Shown: in pieces, positions 15,703 to 22,815 of the stretch
How positions within the stretch are numbered: the stretch's first letter is position 1
Layout of the letters: every line of letters starts with the position of its first letter
Assembly: GCA_020833025.1 (NCBI GenBank)
Contig: JAJHRB010000020.1
Coordinates: 1 to 22,815, forward strand
DNA: 22,815 nucleotides
From: Thermoproteaceae archaeon
GTDB lineage: Archaea > Thermoproteota > Thermoprotei > Thermoproteales > Thermoproteaceae
Reading direction: 5' to 3'
Notes under the pieces: generated by a model
Database searches by the model: none
What the model was told of the DNA's origin: nothing
What the model saw: only the letters and a program-made list of their open reading frames with translations
Translations under genes and position numbers: made by a program

Positions 15703-16545
15703 TTACTGCCCGGCCGCGCCCGGGCTCTCGAGGGCGCTCCTGAGCGCCGACAGCAGCGCATCCCTCCCCTTGAGGGCCAGATCCAGCGCAGACTCTATTT
15801 CCTGGTACGTGAAGTGGCCGGCGGTTTTCTGCACCGCGACGATCCTGTCCTGCGAGAACGTGAAGGTCACCTTCCCGTCAACGCTGAGCTCCTCCTCGAA
15901 CGTCGGGTCGAGGAACAGCACGCTGCCTATCTTGCACACCGACACCGCAACAGGAGCCCTGCCGGGGTCGACCGGCATCTTTGCCCTCCTCCCGCGGTCC
16001 AGCCTCACGCCTGCCTCCTCCTTCGCGACTGCAGGCAGCTGCGCGCTCGCCAGCGCCGCGACTGCGGCGAGGTTCGCGGCGTCTGTCAGGTTGCCGTCGT
16101 CATTTATCACGCAGAGGTCGACCCACACGACGTACACCCTGCCCTGCTCTATGAATAGACTCTTGGAGTCGATGTAGCCGCAGTGCCTAATCCCCCTGTC
16201 CACGACCCTCGCGAGCTCTATGGCAAATTCATCGGGCGGGCCTATCTCGGTGTACGGCGACGCGTGAGGCAGGACCTCCGCGTTCACCACGAGAACGCCC
16301 TCGTCAGGCGCGTCCGGAAACGGCTGGCCGACGCCGACCTTAACCCCGGCCACCACGTGCGTCTTGCCCAGCCTCACCTCGGCGGAGCCGTCTGCCGTGG
16401 ATATCACGCCGACCCTCACCTCCACATCCCTCAGCTGGTCGAGCCTCCTGCCGTCCACTCTGTACTTGCCCGCCACAAGCCTCCTGATCTGCTCCCGCCT
16501 GAGGTAGGAGATGAACCGCTTGCCGTACGGGCTTATTGACGCCAT
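15703..16545 (-). CDS. rrp42: Exosome complex subunit Rrp42
   Basis: RNase PH fold: RVDGRRLDQLR, ADGSAEVRLGKT, ELARVVDRGIR, DDGNLTDAA and FLDPTFEEE. Confidence 0.95.
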   Translation of the reverse strand: MASISPYGKRFISYLRREQIRRLVAGKYRVDGRRLDQLRDVEVRVGVISTADGSAEVRLGKTHVVAGVKVGVGQPFPDAPDEGVLVVNAEVLPHASPYTEIGPPDEFAIELARVVDRGIRHCGYIDSKSLFIEQGRVYVVWVDLCVINDDGNLTDAANLAAVAALASAQLPAVAKEEAGVRLDRGRRAKMPVDPGRAPVAVSVCKIGSVLFLDPTFEEELSVDGKVTFTFSQDRIVAVQKTAGHFTYQEIESALDLALKGRDALLSALRSALESPGAAGQ

Positions 16546-16581
16546 GGCGCCGCGCGCGGCCAGTAAATATCAGCCTCGCGC

Positions 16582-17322
16582 CTAGCTCCCATATACCTCC
16601 TCTGCGATTGACATGTACTTGCCCTTCAGGGCCTCGCGGGCTCTCTGGTAGACGTACTCGGCGCCCCTGACCGCGAGCTCAAGCGCCTTGAGGAACTGCT
16701 CTCTCGTCCAGGTCCCGTCGAGCTGCAGCAGCGTGAACTGCCTCAAGTTCGGCATGTAGCCCACGGGGAGATCTCCCTCGCAGTACTGGTCCTCGATCCC
16801 GCTCAGGTCGAGAACGACGGTCCCGTCCACTAGACCCGCGGACACGCCGATGACTAGATCCCTCATGTAGACGCCGGCGTCTGCCAGCGCGAGGGACGCG
16901 GCCGTGAGGGACGCGGCGCGGGTCGAGCCGTCTGCCTGCAGTATTTCAATGAACACGTCAATTCTGGCCCTCGAGTACTGCTCGAGCATCACGGCAGGCT
17001 CCAGGGCCTCGCGCAGCACCTTGCTTATCTCAATCTCGCGCCTGGAGGGCGCCGGGTTCTTGCGCTCGTCCTTCGTGCTGAACGGCGCCATGTGGTAGCG
17101 AACGCGCATGACGCCCCTGTCTGGCAGAGACAGGTGGCGCGGGTGCATCTCGCGCGGGCCGTAAACTGCCGCGACGGCAACCGTCGCGCCGTATGACACC
17201 ACGGCGGACCCGTCTGCGTTGCTGACGGCGCCTACTGCAATTTTAACCTCTCTCATCTGGTCGGGCGCCCTCCCGTCCGCCCTCACCCCGTCCCTTATCA
17301 GCGGGACTGGTGGCTTCTTCAC
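16582..17322 (-). CDS. rrp41: Exosome complex exonuclease Rrp41
   Basis: RADGRAPDQMR, ADGSA, YGPREMHPRH, SRREIEISKV, QADGSTR and the catalytic DL..ED..GD. Confidence 0.96.
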   Translation of the reverse strand: MKKPPVPLIRDGVRADGRAPDQMREVKIAVGAVSNADGSAVVSYGATVAVAAVYGPREMHPRHLSLPDRGVMRVRYHMAPFSTKDERKNPAPSRREIEISKVLREALEPAVMLEQYSRARIDVFIEILQADGSTRAASLTAASLALADAGVYMRDLVIGVSAGLVDGTVVLDLSGIEDQYCEGDLPVGYMPNLRQFTLLQLDGTWTREQFLKALELAVRGAEYVYQRAREALKGKYMSIAEEVYGS

Positions 17323-17413
17323 TGGCAGCGCGGCAAGTGCGCGTATTTAATGGCTCCCCCGGCGCCTGCCCGGGCAGGGCGCAAGAGTTATAGGCGCGCG
17401 CGCCCGACGTCGA

Positions 17414-18394
17414 GTGGCCGCGGGAGTGCGCGGGGCACGCGCCCCCGGTGCTGTCGCGCTTGCAGTGGAGAATCTCGGGCCCTTCGAGCGCGCCGAGGTG
17501 GAGCTCAAGCCCCTCACGGTGCTTGTCGGCAGGCCGGGCACTGGCAAGTCAACGCTTGCCCGCCTGGCGTGGGCCCTCGAGTCTCTCGCGTCCACTGACA
17601 GCAGGGGGATCGTCGGCAGACTGCGGGAGGTTTTCGGCGCGGAGCCGAGAGAGCTCGTGAGAGTCGGCGCCGAGCGTGCGAGAGCGGTAGTGCTGAAGCG
17701 CTGCGGGAGGCTGGAGGTCGCTATAGGCAGGAGCGTCGAGGCGAGCTCCAGCGCCAAGAGCCCGAGCTGCTTCAGGGAGGGCAGGGCGGCCGGAGTGTAC
17801 CTCTACGACACCAGGGCGCTTGCGAGCCCCGCGCGGGCGCTAGAGCCGGCAGAGAGGGAAATTCTGGGCGCCGCCGCGCACTTCACGAATCTGGGGGACG
17901 CCGAGATCGAGGCTGTTAACGGCGTGCTCGGCGAGCTCGGCTGCAGGGTGGCAGTGGGCGGCGGCGGGGCGGTCTACATTAACAGCTGGAGCGGCAAGGT
18001 GCACCACCTCTACAGGGCGCCGGCCAGCGTGAGGAGAGTCGTGCCGGTCCTGCTGTCGCTCGTCGCGCCGGGGTTGAGGATTGTCTACGTCGAGGAGCCG
18101 GAGGCCGGACTTCACGCCAGGGCAGTTCTCAAGCTCGCCGAGCTCGTCGCGAGAGCGGCCGCCAGGGGGAAGAGAGTAGTCGTGACGACGCACAGCAGAG
18201 AGCTCGTCGCCGCGGCGTGCAAGGCCGCCGCGCGGGCGGCGGGAGAGCGCGGCGAGGGGGGCTTCTCGCTCGATGACGCCGCGGTTTACCTGCTCAGGAC
18301 AGAGGGGGGCAGGGCCCTCGTGGAGAGGCTTAGAGTCGCCCCGGGCGGCATGCCCGAGGAGGACCTCGAGAGGGTCTCCAGCGAGGTGTCGTGA
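17414..18394 (+). CDS. ABC-type ATPase of the AAA_15/AAA_21 (OLD/AbiEii-like) group
   Basis: VENLGPFERAEVELKPLTVLVGRPGTGKST (Walker A), YVEEPEAGLH (Walker B/D-loop) and VVTTHS (H-loop). GTTATAGG lies about 25 nt before the GTG at 17414. Confidence 0.85.
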   Translation: MAAGVRGARAPGAVALAVENLGPFERAEVELKPLTVLVGRPGTGKSTLARLAWALESLASTDSRGIVGRLREVFGAEPRELVRVGAERARAVVLKRCGRLEVAIGRSVEASSSAKSPSCFREGRAAGVYLYDTRALASPARALEPAEREILGAAAHFTNLGDAEIEAVNGVLGELGCRVAVGGGGAVYINSWSGKVHHLYRAPASVRRVVPVLLSLVAPGLRIVYVEEPEAGLHARAVLKLAELVARAAARGKRVVVTTHSRELVAAACKAAARAAGERGEGGFSLDDAAVYLLRTEGGRALVERLRVAPGGMPEEDLERVSSEVS

Positions 18395-18395
18395 G

Positions 18396-18623
18396 CTAGG
18401 CTGACGAGAGCGCGGTGAGGAGCAGCAGCGCGGCGAGGAGCGCGCCGGCAATAACCCTCGAGACCCGGAAGGCCCCGGCGGCGAGGAGGGCCGAGGACAG
18501 GAGGATCGCGGCGGCCGCGCGCCCGCCCGCCTCGCCGAAGCCCGCCGCCGCGAGCGCCCCGGCCAGCAGCTCGAACACAGCCCTCATGGCCTCCCACAGG
18601 GCCTCTGCGCTCACTAGCGGCAT
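18396..18623 (-). CDS. Small membrane protein (75 aa)
   Basis: The ATG at 18623 overlaps the GT2 3' end by 10 nt. Almost entirely hydrophobic (2-3 TM). Confidence 0.6.
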   Translation of the reverse strand: MPLVSAEALWEAMRAVFELLAGALAAAGFGEAGGRAAAAILLSSALLAAGAFRVSRVIAGALLAALLLLTALSSA

Positions 18624-19678
18624 ATTCTGCGCCCCCTCCACTTAATGCACCTAGCGAAGGCAGAGGCCCACAGCACCAGCGGGAGGACAAAATTGCCGAC
18701 GGCCCACGCGGCCGCCGCGTCCCTCACCACGACGGGCACTCCGGCGTGCCTCCTGACGCCCGCGGCCCTTGCCACGTCCTTGACGAGGTTGATGGGGTGG
18801 AGCGCCAGCCCTGCCAGCAGGTAGTAGTCGTGGAGCAGCACGCCAGCAGCCGGGAGCGCGACGGAGAGCAGAAAGCCGGCTGTGTACGCGGCGAGGCCGG
18901 CGTACCACCCCCGCGGCGAGTGCCACTTCACCATGAGCACCTGGCGCACGCCCCACTCCAGCGCGCTCCTGATGGTGCAGTCCGCGTCGGGCGTTGGGGC
19001 TATCGCTCCCCGCGCGAACCACGGCGCCGCGCCTGCCTCCCTCAGGGCCGAGGTCACTGCGTAGTCGTCGCTCACGTGCTGAGGCAGTCTCTCGGCGAGC
19101 CTCGCGCGCTCTGCAAACTCCCTCCGCAGGGCCGTCGAGCCTCCCCACGTGAATCTCGAGCCGCTGTATATCAGCGCCGGGAATCCCATGTTGCTTACGG
19201 CCAGCCTCACCTTGTGGCACAGGCCCCTGCCCACGTACCACCTGTAAGTCGTCGACGCGACGTGCACTGACAGAGGCGCCGTCAGCCTCTCGAGCCAGGC
19301 CGGCGGCGGCCTTATGTCATCGTCTGCAAAGACCACGCAGTCGCCGCCTGCCGCCCTGAGCCCCGCGGCCAGCGCGGCTCCCTTGCCCTCAGAGCCGCTC
19401 ACGACGACAGTGCCGAACTTCTCGGCCACGGCGCGGGCCGGGTCGCTCCAGGAGTCGACCACGAAGATGTACTCAACGTCGGCGCTTGCCCTCTGCGACG
19501 TTATGGCCCTCAGGTTCTCCTCGAGTCCTGGGTACACGCCCCTGAGGGGCACTATCACGCTCACCTTCCTGCACGCCTGGAAGTGCGCGGGCTCGTCGCG
19601 CATCCAGAACCTGATCTCATTCGCGGCGTGCAGCAGCGAGAGCGCCAGGAACGGCAGTATTGCGAGAAGCTCCAGCAT
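18614..19678 (-). CDS. Membrane GT2 glycosyltransferase (ceramide glucosyltransferase/HpnI-like)
   Basis: N-terminal TM; IVPLRG, VVDS, GKGAAL, FADDD (DxD), WGGSTA, SDD and RQVLMVKW (degenerate Q/RxxRW); C-terminal TMs. Confidence 0.85.
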   Translation of the reverse strand: MLELLAILPFLALSLLHAANEIRFWMRDEPAHFQACRKVSVIVPLRGVYPGLEENLRAITSQRASADVEYIFVVDSWSDPARAVAEKFGTVVVSGSEGKGAALAAGLRAAGGDCVVFADDDIRPPPAWLERLTAPLSVHVASTTYRWYVGRGLCHKVRLAVSNMGFPALIYSGSRFTWGGSTALRREFAERARLAERLPQHVSDDYAVTSALREAGAAPWFARGAIAPTPDADCTIRSALEWGVRQVLMVKWHSPRGWYAGLAAYTAGFLLSVALPAAGVLLHDYYLLAGLALHPINLVKDVARAAGVRRHAGVPVVVRDAAAAWAVGNFVLPLVLWASAFARCIKWRGRRICR

Positions 19679-19804
19679 GCCGGCGCTGCGCGCCGGCGCT
19701 TTTTAAGCGTCAGTTATAAGCCCAGCAGTCTGCTCCCGTGCAATATGCTTGTGCTGGCTCCAGAAAGTGAGCGCTAGGGCTTATAGCCGGCCGGGTAGCC
19801 TCAC

Positions 19805-20314
19805 GTGAGCAGCCTGTCTGAGAAGTTCGACCTGGCGTATCAGGACCTGTTCCGCGCGCCGGACAGGGACGGCGCGGTGGTCTCCGTGCGCGTCCACAGG
19901 AAGGTGAAGTCGGCGCTCGAGGAGCTCGCGAGGCGCGAGGGGCTGAGCGGCGTGTCGGAGCTTGTCAGGTACTTGATAGCGGGATACCTGCTCGGCAAGT
20001 ACGGCATTGAGAGGCCCAGGGAGAGGGCAATAGTGGAGCCGATAGTGCTGACGGTGAACGTGCAGAGAGGGCCGCAGCGCGCGGCCGACAGCGTTGACGT
20101 AGATATAGCGCAGGAGGAGATTGAGGCGGCCGTCAGGGACATCGAGGATTATATAAAGAAGGTGAGGGCAGGCCTCGTCCCGCGCAACGTCGAGGTCGTC
20201 TCAAGGCTCAGCAAGAGGCTCGCCAGGGCAATGGGTCTCGCGAGAAGGCTGGGGCTGGAAGACAAGTACATCGAGCTGGCGAAGCTGAAGGCGCGCCTCG
20301 CGATGATGGAGTGA
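19805..20314 (+). CDS. Ribbon-helix-helix (CopG-like) DNA-binding protein with helical C-terminal domain
   Basis: VVSVRVHRKVKSALEELARREGLSGVSELVRYLI is a classic strand-helix-helix. CTTATAG lies about 20-25 nt upstream. Confidence 0.75.
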   Translation: MSSLSEKFDLAYQDLFRAPDRDGAVVSVRVHRKVKSALEELARREGLSGVSELVRYLIAGYLLGKYGIERPRERAIVEPIVLTVNVQRGPQRAADSVDVDIAQEEIEAAVRDIEDYIKKVRAGLVPRNVEVVSRLSKRLARAMGLARRLGLEDKYIELAKLKARLAMME

Positions 20315-20371
20315 GCGGCCCCGCCCGGCGCCCGGCTGCAAAGAATTTAAATGGCGGCGGCCGGCCGGGCG

Positions 20372-21076
20372 ATGTCTATTGAGGTGGTGGAGGTGAGACC
20401 GCACGAGCGCCACTACGGCGTTTACGTCGCCAGGCTAGAGGACGGGGCCGAGAGAATCGCCACGAGGAACCTGACGCCGGGCAAGAGAGTTTACGGCGAG
20501 AGGCTCATAAAGTGGGGCGGCGTCGAGTACCGCGAGTGGAACCCGTACCGCTCCAAGCTCGCGGCGGCAATACTCAACGGCCTGAGGCTCGTGCCGCTCA
20601 GAGAGGGCACGCGCGCTCTCTACCTCGGCGCCGCGTCGGGCACCACGCCCAGTCACGTGAGCGACATAGTCGGCGAGGGCGGCATCGTCTACGCCGTTGA
20701 GTTCTCGCCGCGCGTGTTCAGGGAGTTCATGGAAAAGCTGGTAGATCAGGGGAGGAGAAACGTCGTGCCGATTCTGGGCGACGCCAGATTCCCGCACCAG
20801 TACGCACACTACGTCAAGGGAGTTGACGTCATATACATTGACGTGGCGCAGCCGGCTCAGGCCAAGATACTCGCCGACAACGCCGATTACTTCCTCAGGC
20901 AGGGAGGCCACGTGATGCTAGTAATAAAGGCCATGAGCATTGACGTCACGGCGCCCGCGACAGAGACCTTCAAGCAGGAGATAAACACGCTGAGGGAGAG
21001 GGGCTTTGAGATACTCGAGGTCGTTCACCTGGAGCCTTACGATACGGCGCACGCGATGGTCATCGCGAGGAGGTAG
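20372..21076 (+). CDS. flpA: Fibrillarin-like rRNA/tRNA 2'-O-methyltransferase
   Basis: [58 protein letters not shown] and LEPY..H. Start moved to the ATG at 20372 because the ATG at 20351 lies inside the TATA box AATTTAAAT. Confidence 0.97.
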   Translation: MSIEVVEVRPHERHYGVYVARLEDGAERIATRNLTPGKRVYGERLIKWGGVEYREWNPYRSKLAAAILNGLRLVPLREGTRALYLGAASGTTPSHVSDIVGEGGIVYAVEFSPRVFREFMEKLVDQGRRNVVPILGDARFPHQYAHYVKGVDVIYIDVAQPAQAKILADNADYFLRQGGHVMLVIKAMSIDVTAPATETFKQEINTLRERGFEILEVVHLEPYDTAHAMVIARR

Positions 21077-21090
21077 CCGCGGCTCAAACC

Positions 21091-21657
21091 GTGAGGATCC
21101 TCCACGTGAGCGACATCCACGGGCGCGCCAGCGCCGTCGAGCGGCTCGGGCGTGTGATCAAGAGCGTTGACGTCATAACCGTCGGCGGGGACTTTGAGGA
21201 CGCGGGAGTGCTTGACGCGCTGGCCGCGCACGGCACGCCGGTCTACGCGGTCACGGGCAACATGGACCCGCCCGACGCGGCTGTCAAGGCGCGCAATTAC
21301 TTAATCGAGGGCAGCGTCATCAGTATTGGCGGCTTCTACCTGGCAGGCTACCCGGTTGACGCAAGCGCCGTGGAGGGCGCGGGGCGCAGGCTAATACTGC
21401 TGGCCCACTACCCGCCGCGGGGGTGCAGGGTTGACGTAACGCACGGCGGCGAGCACATCGGCAGCGACGCCGTCAGGGAGCTCGTGGAGCGCGTGAGGCC
21501 CCTCGCGGCTCTCGTAGGGCACGTGCACGAGGCGCCCGGCATCGACAAGCTGGGGAGCACGGTAGTCGTGAATCCCGGGCCCCTCTCCAGGGGGCGGTAC
21601 GCCGTGGTTGAAATAACTGGCGATGGGGCCGTGAGGGTGGAGCTCGGGAGAGTGTAG
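21091..21657 (+). CDS. Calcineurin-like metallophosphoesterase
   Basis: Motifs SDIHG, GGDF, TGNMD, AHYPP, GHVHE and VNPG. Confidence 0.9.
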   Translation: MRILHVSDIHGRASAVERLGRVIKSVDVITVGGDFEDAGVLDALAAHGTPVYAVTGNMDPPDAAVKARNYLIEGSVISIGGFYLAGYPVDASAVEGAGRRLILLAHYPPRGCRVDVTHGGEHIGSDAVRELVERVRPLAALVGHVHEAPGIDKLGSTVVVNPGPLSRGRYAVVEITGDGAVRVELGRV

Positions 21658-21680
21658 CGCCGCCAGCAGCGGGGCGCCCC

Positions 21681-22361
21681 TCACGCGCCGGATTCGCGGG
21701 CTCTTCCCGGCATTAATCCGGCGCCCGCCTCCGCCAGCTGCCCGCAGAGAGAGCGGGGCACTGCCGCGTTTTCCCCGGCCTCCCTGCCCAGAGTTGTTGG
21801 CTTGCCGTGCCCCGGGTAGACCAGGAAGCGCTCCGGAAGCTCGGCGTAGAGCCTGCAGACAGACCTCACGAGCTGTGTGAAGTCGCCGCCGGGCAGGTCC
21901 GTCCTGCCGACGCCGTCGTAAAACAGCGTGTCCCCCGCCAGCACGAAGCCTGCGCCGATTATAGACACGGAGCCGGGGGAGTGTCCAGGCGTGTGAACCG
22001 CCTTAAGGCCGAGGGGGAGCTCTGCGTCGCCCTCGACTAGCTCTGGCTCTGGGAGCTCGGGCTCCCTAAAGCCCCAGAGCCTCGCCATCTCTGCGAACGC
22101 CCCCCTCATCTCCCAGTCCAGCACGTGCACGACAAACGGCGCGCGCGTCGCCCTCACGATCTCTGCAGCCGCGCCGACGTGGTCGAAGTGCAGGTGCGTC
22201 GCGACCACCGCGAGAACCCGCCTGCCCTCCAGCTCTCTGAGCAGCCTGCGCGCGTCAGCTCCTGGATCGACGACAATGCAGTCGCTCCCGCGGCACAGTA
22301 AGTATACATTTGTTTGAAGGGGGCCGACGACGACCCTCCTCACGGCCACGCCCCCGGCCAT
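21681..22361 (-). CDS. Metallo-beta-lactamase fold hydrolase (glyoxalase II/YcbL-like)
   Basis: THLHFDHVGA, HTPGHSPG, GDTLF, GRTDLPGGD and PGHG. Start moved to the ATG at 22361 because the ORF-track extension runs antisense through the tRNA-Ile promoter and gene. Confidence 0.92.
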   Translation of the reverse strand: MAGGVAVRRVVVGPLQTNVYLLCRGSDCIVVDPGADARRLLRELEGRRVLAVVATHLHFDHVGAAAEIVRATRAPFVVHVLDWEMRGAFAEMARLWGFREPELPEPELVEGDAELPLGLKAVHTPGHSPGSVSIIGAGFVLAGDTLFYDGVGRTDLPGGDFTQLVRSVCRLYAELPERFLVYPGHGKPTTLGREAGENAAVPRSLCGQLAEAGAGLMPGRARESGA

Positions 22362-22411
22362 GACCGCAGCCGCGCCTGCGCATAAAAGGGAGGCGCCGGG
22401 AGTTGTAGGGA

Positions 22412-22425
22412 GAAAGCTAATTAAG
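22412..22425 (+). promoter_or_regulatory. BRE/TATA promoter of tRNA-Ile
   Basis: GAAAGCTAATTAAG lies about 20-33 nt upstream of G1. Confidence 0.75.
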
Positions 22426-22468
22426 CGGGACTTAGAGCGTTGCGGGGCCCGTAGCTTAGCCCGGTCAG

Positions 22469-22494
22469 AGGGGCGGCAAGGCCGGCCCGCCGAG
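22469..22494 (+). other. tRNA-Ile D-arm intron (26 nt, ~22/23)
   Basis: Flanked by an AGAG direct repeat, so the register is ambiguous. Helix CGGT/GCCG with a 3' bulge AG|A; the 5' site sits in a relaxed 4-nt bulge. Confidence 0.75.
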
Positions 22495-22509
22495 AGCGCC
22501 CGGCTGATA

Positions 22510-22526
22510 GTTGAGGGCAATTAGAG
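22510..22526 (+). other. tRNA-Ile canonical 37/38 intron (17 nt)
   Basis: Textbook BHB: CTGA/TTAG helix, bulges TA|G and AG|A, inner helix TTG/CAA. Confidence 0.92.
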
Positions 22527-22545
22527 ACCGGGAGGGCCCGGGTTC

Positions 22546-22563
22546 GGGGCGGCGCCCGCCCAT
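22546..22563 (+). other. tRNA-Ile T-loop intron at 56/57 (18 nt)
   Basis: Helix GGGT(51-54)/GCCC, bulges TC|G and AT|A, inner helix GGGC/GCCC. Confidence 0.88.
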
Positions 22564-22630
22564 AAATCCCGGCGGGCCCACCACTTTCAGCTCTTGACCG
22601 GCGCACGCACTGCGGTAGCGCGCCCCGGCC

Positions 22631-22815
22631 CTACTCGCCGAACTTACCCGTGAGCGCCAGGTAGCTGCCCAGCAGCGGCATTATGTCAGTGCCTCTGAGA
22701 TGCCCCAGCGCGCCGCGCCAGCACGCAAGCTCCGAGAGCTTGTGCACGTCGTCCGTCACGACGTCCGGCCCGTAGAGGGCAATTGGAACAGGCTCTCCCG
22801 TGTGCTCCCTCACCG
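22631..22815 (-). CDS. apgM: 2,3-bisphosphoglycerate-independent phosphoglycerate mutase, C-terminal fragment (continues beyond the window)
   Basis: HTGEPVP, D.V..LSE.AC.RGALG.LRG.DIM and the KFGE end match the archaeal iPGM C-terminus. Confidence 0.8.
   Translation of the reverse strand, partial: VREHTGEPVPIALYGPDVVTDDVHKLSELACWRGALGHLRGTDIMPLLGSYLALTGKFGE

Larger units (their letters stand above)
22445..22583 (+). tRNA. tRNA-Ile(GAT) with three introns (~22/23, 37/38, 56/57), CCA encoded
   Basis: Acceptor GGGCCCG/CGGGCCC-A-CCA; D stem GCTT/GAGC; anticodon stem CCCGG/CCGGG with loop CT-GAT-A-A; T arm CCGGG-TTCAAAT-CCCGG. Length 139 - 26 - 17 - 18 = 78 nt mature. Confidence 0.93.

Noticed and set aside
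19710-19790. Box C/D sRNA in the GT2-RHH spacer
   Set aside because: No C/D box pair at proper spacing was found on either strand.
8186-22583. Integrated element or provirus between the tRNA genes
   Set aside because: No integrase and no duplicated tRNA 3' end (att site) were noticed, and the content is housekeeping.
22362-22606. N-terminal extension of the MBL ORF to 22520 and ORF 22421..22606
   Set aside because: They overlap tRNA-Ile and its promoter, and the MBL gene has its own TATA about 25 nt before the ATG at 22361.
90-22700. Many overlapping or antisense ORFs in the track (e.g. 715..1548, 3954..4751, 9076..9858, 9278..9985, 14501..15040, 15557..16177, 17840..18451)
   Set aside because: They are shadow frames of well-supported genes, with Arg/Pro/Gly-rich low-information translations as expected at ~70% GC, and have no promoter or motif support.
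1-22815. CRISPR array or cas genes
   Set aside because: No regularly spaced direct repeats and no Cas motifs were seen.

Overview
This is a very GC-rich (roughly 68-72% by eye) chromosomal window from a crenarchaeon of the order Thermoproteales, probably Pyrobaculum/Thermoproteus-like (inferred from the pilin type, multi-intron tRNAs and leaderless gene layout). 1-8060 is a type IV pilus locus: class III pilin, an 880-aa membrane-anchored beta-propeller/repeat surface protein, a three-gene operon of small unknowns on the minus strand (one missed by the ORF track), a wHTH protein, a TadC/ArlJ-like platform protein, the assembly ATPase and two unknowns. The rest is mostly housekeeping: LeuC/HacA, a TrmY-like protein, an S49 peptidase fusion, DHH phosphoesterase, stand-alone Lrp domain, S6e, YbaK, TpiA, Rrp42/Rrp41, an orphan ABC-type ATPase, a membrane GT2, an RHH protein, fibrillarin, a metallophosphoesterase, an MBL hydrolase and the 3' end of ApgM. 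Two intron-split tRNA genes hide under spurious ORFs: tRNA-Gly(CCC) with two introns and tRNA-Ile(GAT) with three, two of which look like copies of each other. A hairpin cluster resembling an IS200/IS605 end follows tRNA-Gly. No CRISPR array, integrase or transposase was seen. All family calls come from motif recognition, not database searches.
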